Shown: piece by piece, positions 1 to 7,340 of the stretch
Position numbering within the stretch: the first letter of the stretch is position 1
Layout: each line of letters starts with the position of its first letter
Source: Octopus sinensis
Lineage: Eukaryota
Length of the DNA stretch: 10,999 nt
Assembly (NCBI RefSeq): GCF_006345805.1
Contig: NW_021827128.1
Coordinates: 1 to 10,999 of the forward strand
Direction of reading: 5' to 3'
Program-made: the position numbers and the translations under genes
Notes under the pieces: model-generated
Told to the model about the DNA's origin: nothing
Database searches by the model: none
The model's input: the letters and a program-made list of their open reading frames with translations, nothing else

Positions 1-185
1 GCAGATATGGGAATAAATACTACATACATTCTTACATACATACATACATACATACAACATACATACATACATACACACATTCTCATATGTGAGTGTGTAT
101 ATATATATATATATATACACACATATATACACGTATGTATATATATATGTGTGTGTGTATATACATTATATATATATATATATTA
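1..185. repeat. Compound microsatellite (TACA)n/(TA)n/(TG)n
   Basis: Directly visible; explains the spurious ORF 7..294. Confidence 0.95.
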
Positions 186-380
186 TAAATCTAAAATGCG
201 AAAAGTTTGTTTGTCTGGTTTTGGCATTGAGAACGGGTTAAAGGCCACTAGATCCCGTCGAATTGACTCCAAAATTTACAGGTGTCGTTGCTAGGGCCAA
301 AAACGCACTTTGACAAGTCTACTCACATTCTTTTATGTATCTGTCTTCCTCCGTCACTCACTCTCTTTCCTCCCTTCCCA

Positions 381-474
381 TCACTTTCTATATATAACGT
401 CGTTTAACAGCGTCTAACTCCCCTTCACTTTCTCATTGTAACGTCGTCAAACAGCGTTCTATATCTTCCCCTCA
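381..474. repeat. Two-copy ~44-bp tandem repeat (TCACTTTCT..TAACGTCGT..AACAGCGT..CCCCT)
   Basis: Copies start at 381 and 425. Confidence 0.85.
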
Positions 475-594
475 CCGCCTTTCATACACACACTCTCTCT
501 CTACGTCTGTCTGCATTTATAGACAGAATTATCATCGCCACCACCACCACACAATCATGAGAAAAAATATTATGAATCAGATATTTATTGGGTT

Positions 595-905
595 AATTTA
601 TATATATGTGTGTGTGTGTGTGTGTTCTATATATAAATATGTATATTAAACTTTTTAATACTTTTTGATAGTTATATATATTTAAAAAAAATTATAAATA
701 TAAATTAATAATTTTAATTTTAAATTTAAATAGTTTAAATTTTTAAATTTTATATTTTATATATTTTGTATATTATATTTTTATTTTTATGTTTTCGTTT
801 ATGTTTTTCATTGTTTGATTTGCCTAATAGTGGTTTTATCTCTAATTTAATTTATATATATAATATATATATAATTTGTATACATTTGTATATATAATGC
901 GTACA

Positions 906-964
<59 letters not shown>

Positions 965-965
965 A
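595..965. repeat. AT-rich low-complexity tract with (TG)n, (CA)n and (TA)n microsatellites
   Basis: Directly visible. Confidence 0.9.
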
Positions 966-1198
966 TGTATGCATTATGTGGTTGGTTGTGCTGAAAATAT
1001 GCACACCTATGTTAAAAGTGCTGGCGAGTTTGCATGGCAACTATTTTTTTCCTCAAATGAAAGGCGTGACCTCTAGGACAAAATTCCTCATCTTATAAAA
1101 TGTGACCCTGGTAGACCCGAATGAAATCGGGTTATATTAACCAAAATGTGAAAAGAGGTCTAAATGGGGCTTGGAGGGGATTAAAATTTACAGGAGCG

Positions 1199-1600
1199 GG
1201 TGTTTAGGAATTCTCTGTTACATGAAGCTAAAAAATTTGCGCCAGCCTTTAAAACGTCAATGTGTTGCCGTCCATGATGAAGAAGATTTGAATGCTTGCC
1301 ATGGTGAGTCTACTGTCGTGAGAAAGAATCACTTCAAAGCTTGGTGTTTAGGAATTTTCTTTTACATCATGTTCAAAATTTTACGCCAGCCGTTAAACTG
1401 TCACTATGTTACTGTCCGTCGTTAAGAAATGCCAGCCATGGTGACCCTACTATCCTCAGATTCTATCCTTTCAAACTTTGGTTTCCAATATTTTTAAATT
1501 TTTATTCAGCTCGCAAGTTCGTCTGTCCCTTTTAAATGTTAGTGTTTTGCTTTCTGCCTTGAAGCAGACCTTTCCGTTATCACTGCCTGATATTTATAAT
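1199..1600. repeat. Degenerate ~140-bp tandem repeat, about 3 copies
   Basis: GGTGTTTAGGAATT occurs at 1199 and 1343 (period 144). GCCAGCC(T/G)TTAAA and GCCATGGTGA are shared between copies. A third, more decayed copy starts at ~1480 (CCTTTTAAATGTTAGTG..TGAAGCAGA at 1528 onward matches CCTTTAAAACGTCAATG..TGAAGAAGA at 1246 onward). Confidence 0.8.
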
Positions 1601-1659
1601 TGATCTTTCAAACTACTTTCTTTCTCAACTTACTCAAGATCTTTTGTTGTTTATAAATG

Positions 1660-1778
1660 GGAGAGAGATAGATAGGGAAAGATAGAGAGTAAGAGAAAAC
1701 GAGGGAGAGTCCGAGAGAAAGGAAAAGTAAGAGAGTGGGAAAGGGAGAGAGAAAGGAGAGAGAAACAAAGAGGGAGAA
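1660..1778. repeat. GA-rich purine tract
   Basis: Directly visible. Confidence 0.85.
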
Positions 1779-2105
1779 TCATCATCATCCTCATCATCAT
1801 CATTTAACGTCCGTTTTCCGTGCTAGCACGGGTTGGACGGTTTGACCGGGGTCTGAGAAGCCAGGAGGCTGCACCAGGCTCCAGTCTGATCTGGCAGTAT
1901 TTCTACAGCTGGATGCCCTTCCTAACGCCAACCACTCCGTGATTGTAGTGGATGCTTTTTTCGTGCAACCGGCACAGGTGCCACGGGGGGAGGGGCACTG
2001 GCAGCGGCCACGATCGGTTGGTGCTTTTTACGTGCCACCGGCACACAGAAGCCAGTCAAGGCGGCGCTGCCATCGGCCACATTCGGATGGTGCTTTTTAC
2101 GTGCC
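1779..2105 (-). mobile_element. 5'-truncated retroposon (SINE or LINE 3' end, RTE-type tail) with (GAT)n tail and ~70-bp internal repeats
   Basis: (CAT)n at 1779-1803 is the tail on minus. A stem-loop sits next to the tail (14-bp palindrome CCGTGCTAGCACGG at 1818-1831). The motif TTTCTACAGCTGGATGCCCTTCCTAACGCCAACC is one I recall from RTE-related 3' ends. Internal repeats GG(A/T)GCTTTTT(T/A)CGTGC start at 1950, 2020 and 2089. Confidence 0.75.
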
Positions 2106-2182
2106 GAAAGGATGCAACAGAAAGTAACAACCACACTCTTACCCGCGCGTAGAGCAGGTCACCTTGAGCTAGTATATATATC

Positions 2183-2397
2183 ACCTTTAAACGGAACCTG
2201 GACACATTTCTTTAAGGGATACCAGATAAGCCACCTGTATCTGGATACAGCTCATCAACAAGAACTCCCTACTCGAATGAGTCATGATACCACAAAACTT
2301 GACTTAAAAAGGATTTAGATAATCCTATCAGGTGGTGCTATTAAATTAGGCATGGCCTGGACCAATCTTTGGTCGAAAAATATCTAAGTTTTATCTA

Positions 2398-2400
<3 letters not shown>
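2183..2400 (+). mobile_element. 3' remnant of a CR1-like non-LTR retrotransposon (ORF2 C-terminus plus 3' UTR), pseudogenised
   Basis: 2183-2287 translates as TFKRNLDTFL*GIPDKPPVSGYSSSTRTPYSNES*. This resembles the FKxxLDxFLxxIPDxPxxxGY...SNS C-terminus of CR1-group ORF2, with one internal TAA. It is followed by a UTR-like segment (GGTGGTGCT...GGCATGGCCTGGACC...GGTCGAAA) ending in short T-rich repeats. Confidence 0.65.
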
Positions 2401-2473
<73 letters not shown>

Positions 2474-2542
2474 ATACATACATACATACATACATACATA
2501 CATACATACATACATACATAACTACATACATGTATATATATA
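2401..2542. repeat. (TA)n plus (TACA)n microsatellite
   Basis: Directly visible. Confidence 0.95.
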
Positions 2543-2834
2543 TTCCAAGAAAGTTAGGGGTTGTGAATCCAACCCACCAAGGGATAATATCTATCCAATA
2601 TACTGCTGGTAGAATACCCAGTTATTAATACACAAGTGTTTTATTGCATTGCAATTACATTACCGAGTGTACTAAATGGGAGGGGGTAAAGAGATATTTT
2701 ACCATTAATTTATAGAGCAATAAGAAAACGAAGGGGATCAAAGGTGGTATTCATCAACTTTTAGACATTATATTATGCCAATTAATTTATTTATTTACTA
2801 AAATGACAATTACAATAATATACATACATGTAAT

Positions 2835-2965
2835 CCAGCTAGACGGTTCCGGGTTCAGTTCCACTGCGTCGTGGCATTTTTGGCAGGTGTCTTTTCCTAT
2901 AGTCTTGAGATGACTAAATCCTTGTGAGTGTATTTGGTAGACGGAAACTGAAAGAAGCAGGTCGT
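2835..2965 (+). mobile_element. Diverged 5' half of SINE family A
   Basis: Aligns to 6425-6553 (GGTTCCGGGTTCAG...TTGTGAGTG.ATTTGGTAGACGGAAACTGAAAGAAGC). Confidence 0.85.
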
Positions 2966-3037
2966 ATATATACATATACATATACATTTGTGTGTGTGTG
3001 TGTGTGTGTGCGTGTGTGTGTGCGCGCACACACACAC
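2966..3037. repeat. (TA)/(TG)/(CA) microsatellite (central tract of SINE A)
   Basis: Directly visible; occupies the same position as the internal microsatellite of the full-length copies. Confidence 0.9.
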
Positions 3038-3053
3038 GTCTTTATGTCTGTTT

Positions 3054-3225
3054 TTGCTGGAGCACCATCTTGAAGGGTTTAGTCAAACAAATCAACCCAA
3101 GCACTTAATATCTTTTTTAGTTTATTACTTATTCTATTGGCGTCTTATGCCGAATTGCTAATTTACGGGAGCGTAAACAAACCAACAAGTGGTAGAGGGG
3201 GAAAAAAAGAAACGCATACACGGAG
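3054..3225 (-). mobile_element. Old, diverged 3' half of a SINE-A-related element
   Basis: TGCTGGAGCACC...TACTTATTCTATTGG...TGCCGAATTGCTAA.TTACGGG..CGTAAAC aligns to 8128-8285. Confidence 0.7.
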
Positions 3226-3380
3226 ACATACAATACTAATATCCTGAGCATCCGTTGTGGTTCAGCATCTATATACACTTGGAACATCTATCGCTCCAAA
3301 CAACCATAATGGTGAAACGCGCGTAGGGATCTTGCTACAAACCTGTGTTAATCCTTAATTTTGTCATGTATCTATGTATA

Positions 3381-3420
3381 TAATATAATATAATATAATA
3401 TAATATAATATAATATAATA
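3381..3420. repeat. (TAATA)8 pentanucleotide microsatellite
   Basis: Directly visible; abuts the Helitron 3' end. Confidence 0.95.
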
Positions 3421-3422
3421 TA

Positions 3423-3830
3423 CTAGCAGTATCGCCCGGCGTTGTTCGGGTTTGTAAGGGAAATAACTATATAAGCATTTTTAGAGAGTTATAGCCAAAA
3501 AATAGCAAAAAAATGCATTAAAAATGCAAAAAAATGCATTAAAAATGCAAAAAAATTATGGTAAATTTTTTTTAAATCGTTGACTCATCGTAGACATTTT
3601 TAGAGAGTTACTTCCCTTATATAATAGCGAAAATAATGCATTAAAATGGAAAAAAATGATGGTAAATTTTTTTTTTAAATCGTAGACGCGTGCTAATACC
3701 CAGAAGGGCTCGATATGAATCACGACTATAAGATACCCGGTTTTGGTTAAACTGCACCGCAAAATGTGGGAGTAGTTAGGAATCTAAATCGTAGGAGACA
3801 GACACACAACTTCTCTTTTATATATAAAGA
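3423..3830 (-). mobile_element. Complete non-autonomous Helitron (408 bp)
   Basis: On minus the 5' end reads A|TCTTTATATATAAAAGAGAAG and the 3' end reads CCCGAACAACGCCGGG-CGATACTG-CTAG|T. This gives canonical TC...CTRR termini, a subterminal hairpin 8 nt before CTAG, insertion between A and T, and no TSD. There is an internal imperfect duplication of CATTTTTAGAGAGTTA and AATGCATTAAAA..ATGGTAAATTTTTTTTAAATCGT. Confidence 0.88.
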
Positions 3831-4662
3831 TATATATATATCAGAGGCGACTCAAGGTCATCAGCGTCACCCGGTCTCATCACCGATTTCGCATAAGATA
3901 CACGCTTACTCGAAGAATTTCACGTTATCTCACTTTATTTCTAACCCCAAATAGCTTTTTTTTTTTTATATCTAGCACTATCTCTTTTTCAGCTTCTAAG
4001 TTAAGGGTAAAAATAAAGCAACCCTGCAAAACACAACTGATCTTTATACACAGACGCAGAGAATAACAGCAATCAAATAACGACAGCAGCGTGCACAACA
4101 AACATCAGCGATCTGACTGCTGTCCATACTCTTCACAAGAGAAACTATTTAGTCTTTTACATCTACCAGGCTCATTTGTATTAACCCGAGTTGCTGGATA
4201 ATTTTTCGTTCCTTTAAGAATATTGTAGAACAGAAACTTTTCATAGATTGGAATTTAAATCCTAATCTTTATAGAAATTTATTGTTTCAAGAAAACATTG
4301 AACTTGAATTGCTTTTAATTTTTACGATTACAGATAACAACTGTAACTTCTTAGCCCGAGTCAGACGCGTGTGAACGATGTCGAAAGAACGTCTCCTACG
4401 AATGATATTTTTTGACGCTGGGCACCGCTAAGTCAACAACCAGACGCTGATGGAAAATAAATGAACTGCAACCAAGCTCAATAAAGATTAGTTTTCCATC
4501 TACAAAATATAAATATTCACACTATTACACTTGAAACGTACCTTTTATAACTCTTTATCTCGATTTATACGGGAAGGTATTTAGAATATCCAAACTTATT
4601 TCTGCAAATGTGCTAAGCACTGATGCTGTTCATAGCTTAATCAATAAGCGTACGAGTAAGAT

Positions 4663-4890
4663 AAATGCAATAAAAATAGGGGACGGGTCAGTGGGGCACC
4701 ATTTAAGCGACCCTTCAGAAATTGAACCTCCTTACGATACTCCCTGGGAGTTCATGGTATGAAACTCATTGCACCGATCTGGTCGTCAGTGCCATGTATT
4801 TAGTTTGAAATGCAGTAAAAATAAGGGGTCAATGGGGCCCCAATTTGGTGGCTCTTAAAAAAATAGACATCCTTACGACATTCCTTGGGA
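4663..4890. repeat. Degenerate ~141-145-bp tandem duplication (about 1.6 copies)
   Basis: AAATGCA(A/G)TAAAAATA occurs at 4663 and 4808. GGGTCA(G/A)TGGGGC(A/C)CCA is in both copies. TCCTTACGA(T/C)A(C/T)TCC(C/T)TGGGA occurs at 4729 and 4870. Confidence 0.8.
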
Positions 4891-4924
4891 ATAGAAAGAT
4901 AGCCAGGGTTCGCTCCAGCCAGCA

Positions 4925-5040
4925 ATATATTCTTTTCTACTCTAGGCACAAGGCACGAAATTTTGGGGGAGAGGGTCAGTCGATTAGATCGACCACAGCA
5001 GTGATCCGCTGCCCTAACCACTGGGCCATTGCGCTTCCAC
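4925..5040 (-). mobile_element. Chimeric SINE fragment: 5' 36 nt of the family-C head joined to a family-B-type 3' end
   Basis: 5005-5040 matches the head at 5774-5809 (TCCGCTGCCCTAACC..TGGGCCATT.CGC.TCCAC). 4978-4997 (AGTCGATTAGATCGACCACA) is the reverse complement of the family-B motif TGGGATCGATGTAATCGACT at 5361-5380. Confidence 0.65.
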
Positions 5041-5218
5041 CGGTGTTGCTGTTGCCTGGCGTTCTTACTGATAACGTTAGTATTTCTGCTACTGCTTCTC
5101 TTGTTGCTGCTGTTGCGGTTGCTGCTGCTACTGTTTCGTATGGATGCAGCTATGAATATTTCTGTATTTCTTTTTTATTTGTGGATTTCTCTAAACAATT
5201 GTTGCTATCGGTATTGTT

Positions 5219-5431
5219 GCGAGTTGGCAGAGACGTTAGCACGCCGGGCGAAATGCTTAGCGGTATTTCGTCTGTCGTTACGTTCTGAGTTCAAATTCCG
5301 CCGAGGTCGACTTTGCTTTTCATCCTTTCGGGGTCGATAAGTTAAGTACCAGTTACGCACTGGGATCGATGTAATCGACTTAATCCGCTTGTCCTCTGTG
5401 TTTGGCCCCTTGTGGGTTGTAAAGAAATAGG
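5219..5431 (+). mobile_element. Full-length tRNA-derived SINE, family B
   Basis: A-box-like TGGCAGAGACGTTAG and B-box GAGTTCAAATTC (5287-5298). The central domain is TTTCATCCTTTCGGGGTCGATAA.TTAAGTACC, with an A-rich end. A diverged second copy lies at 6797-6982. Confidence 0.85.
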
Positions 5432-5809
5432 TTTTGCCGTTGCTGTTGAGCGAACGATCTTCGTCCCAGAGCTCACAAGATGGGAGAAGTCCGAAACGTG
5501 GTCTTTTGCTATTCGTAAGACCCGCAAAAAAGAGAGCAGGTCAACCCCCGACCGAGAGCATCGACGCATGTGCGCATCCAAGCTCAGCGGTTGCATAAGA
5601 AGTCGGGGACAAGAAACAGGAAGAAAGAGTGAGAGAAAGTTGGGGCGAAAGAGTACAACAGGGGTCGCCACCACCCCCTGCCGGAGCCCCCCGTGGAACT
5701 TTAGGTGTTTTCGCTCAATAAACACACACAACGCCCGGTCTGGGAATCGAAACCGCGATCCTCCGACTGCGAGTCCGCTGCCCTAACCGTTGGGCCATTA
5801 CGCCTCCAC
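5432..5809 (-). mobile_element. Full-length tRNA-derived SINE, family C (possibly related to the tRNA-Arg-derived OR families of octopus)
   Basis: The minus-strand head GTGGAGGCGTAATGGCCCAACGGTTAGGGCAGCGGACTCGCAGTCGGAGGATCGCGGTTTCGATTCCCAGACCGGGCG has clear A and B boxes and a CAA/CAG-rich tail. The family name is from recollection only. Confidence 0.8.
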
Positions 5810-5910
5810 TTGTTGCTGCTGCAACTTTTTAGTGTGGATGCTGTTATGAATATTTTTGTTATTTCCTTTTTATTCGTGGATTTCTCTAAACAATTGTTGC
5901 TATCGGTATT

Positions 5911-6120
5911 CCCGCTGCTGTTGCTCTTACTACCGCTGTTGTTATTGCTATCTCCACTGTTGTTGTTGTTGTTGTTCTTTTTCCATTTGTTACCGTTATT
6001 TATATCGCTGCTGTTATTTCTACTATGTTGCTGCTGCAGTTGTTGTTGTTGTTACTGCGGCTGCTGGCCTTTTCATCTTACAGTTGCCGTTGCTGTCATC
6101 GCAGCCATTGCAGTGTCTAT
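5911..6120. repeat. Degenerate (GTT/GCT/ATT)n trinucleotide low-complexity tract (similar tract at 5041-5135)
   Basis: Directly visible; explains the poly-L/C/V ORFs. Confidence 0.85.
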
Positions 6121-6389
6121 ATTCTCTCTGATATCTTTCTATAAGAAATATTTCAGTTTCGCAACACAAACAGAAGATATAAAGTGTATTTGTTCAGCGT
6201 GTGGCAAATATTTATCCGGGTGTCCTCTTCTCCCCCACCTTTCTTTCTCTCTCTTTCTCCACCCACAATAACATATACCTTTATTTTCGCCTATTTATCT
6301 ATTTTGCTTACGGATGGCGGTCACCATCGAAATATATTCAACATCAACACCAGGATAAAGCAGCTTCAAACAACAAACTATTTTATTTA

Positions 6390-6790
6390 GCGCAGGAGTG
6401 GCTGTGTGGTAAGTAGCTTGCTAACCAACCACATGGTTCCGGGTTCAGTCCCACTGCGTGGCATCTTGGGCAAGTGTCTTCTGCTATAGCCCCGGGCCGA
6501 CCAATGCCTTGTGAGTGGATTTGGTAGACGGAAACTGAAAGAAGCCTGTCGTATATATGTATATATATATATATATAAGTGTGTGTGTTTGTGTGTCTGT
6601 GTTTGTCTCCCTAGCATTGCTTGACAACCGATGCTGGTGTGTTTACGTCCCCGTCACTTAGCGGTTCGGCAAAAGAGACCGATAGAATAAGTACTGGGCT
6701 TACAAAGAATAAGTCCCGGGGTCGATTTGTTCGACTAAAGGCGGTGCTCCAGCATGGCCGCAGTCAAAATGACCGAAACAAGTAAAAGAG
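6390..6790 (+). mobile_element. Full-length tRNA-derived SINE, family A (~400 bp, internal TA/TG microsatellite)
   Basis: A-box-like TGGCTGTGTGGTAAG and B-box-like GGGTTCAGTCCC. The internal microsatellite is at ~6553-6600 and the tail is AAGTAAAAGAG. It is near-identical to the reverse complement of 8085-8490 and 10328-10691. Confidence 0.92.
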
Positions 6791-6796
6791 CTACTC

Positions 6797-6982
6797 GCAG
6801 CTGCCATAATCGTTAGCATGCCGGACAAAATGCTCGGCAGCATTTCTTCTGGCTCTTTAAACGTTCTGGGTTTAAATTCCATCGTGGGTAACTTTGCCTT
6901 TCATCCTTTCGTGGTAGATAACATAAGTACCAGTTGAGCACTGTGGTCGCTGTAATCGATTACCCGCTTTCCCCGCCAAAAT
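6797..6982 (+). mobile_element. Diverged SINE family B copy
   Basis: CGTTAGCATGCCGG..AAATGC...ACGTTCTGGGTTTAAATTCC...TTTGCCTTTCATCCTTTCG.GGTAGATAA.ATAAGTACCAGTT aligns to 5236-5382. Confidence 0.8.
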
Positions 6983-7090
6983 TCTATCGGTCTATTTTGT
7001 ATTTTGCCGAACTTCTAAGTTACGGAGACATAAACATACCATTTACCGGTTCTCAAGCGAAGGTGGGGGACAAACACAGAAGCAAAGACA
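6980..7090 (-). mobile_element. Fragment of SINE A 3' half
   Basis: ATTCTATCGGTC...TTTTGCCGAAC..CTAAGTTACGG.GAC.TAAAC...GGGGGACAAACACAGA aligns to 8195-8285. Confidence 0.8.
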
Positions 7091-7150
7091 CATACATACA
7101 TACATACATACATACATACATACGTACATACATACATGCATACATGCATG
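7091..7150. repeat. (TACA)n/(TGCA) microsatellite
   Basis: Directly visible. Confidence 0.95.
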
Positions 7151-7169
7151 CATACATACATACATATAT

Positions 7170-7340
7170 GTATCGCTAGCCACTACACATTCTTTATTTT
7201 CTCTCTTTCTTTCTTTCTGTGTTCCTTTCTGTGGAAGAGCGTAGGCTCGAAACGTTAAAGACTTTTTCACTTCTCGAGCGTTATACTAATGCATCTGTTT
7301 GTTGTCTACAGCACCTCTCTTCGTCTCTTGCTTTTTTGTG

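Larger units (their letters stand above)
181..2172 (+). mobile_element. Putative non-autonomous Helitron (~2 kb) with internal tandem repeats and a nested SINE
   Basis: The 5' region TATTATAAATCTAAAATGCGAAAAGTTTGTTTGTCTG (181-217) resembles the 5' end of the Helitron at 3830 (TATATAAAAGAGAAGTTGTGTGTCTG on minus). The 3' terminus has an imperfect GC hairpin ACCCGCGCGTAGAGCAGGT (2141-2159) and CTAG (2169-2172) followed by T. Both ends abut (TA)n. Linking the two ends into one element is inference, and no clean 5' TC is visible. Confidence 0.5.

Noticed and set aside
1115-1132. Perfect hairpin ACCCGA-atgaaa-TCGGGT resembling a Helitron subterminal hairpin
   Set aside because: No CTRR follows at the expected distance on either strand; at most a relic internal terminus.
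1950-2105. CRISPR-like array (palindromic ~25-nt repeat with ~45-nt spacers)
   Set aside because: There are only 3 degenerate repeats, inside a eukaryotic retroposon. The spacers resemble each other, and there is no cas gene or prokaryotic context.
2835-3225. SINE A 5' half (+) facing a 3' half (-) as a twin-priming or internal inversion product
   Set aside because: The orientation is not the twin-priming pattern, the remaining tail is not found after the inverted part, and the 3' half looks like an older subfamily. Two independent fragments is simpler.
5480-5510. Hammerhead-like GGA-gaag-TCC-GAAACGT in SINE C
   Set aside because: There is no CUGANGA-like core at the right spacing and no stem I. 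It is also antisense to the SINE transcript.
5735-5809. tRNA gene-like sequence (also at 5219-5300 and 6390-6460)
   Set aside because: A and B boxes are present, but there is no convincing acceptor or anticodon stem, and each continues into a SINE body. These are SINE heads.
4845-6271. ORFs of 100-190 aa (4845..5288, 5342..5731, 5412..5786, 5705..6271)
   Set aside because: They lie over SINEs and GTT/GCT low-complexity tracts, with no recognisable domain.
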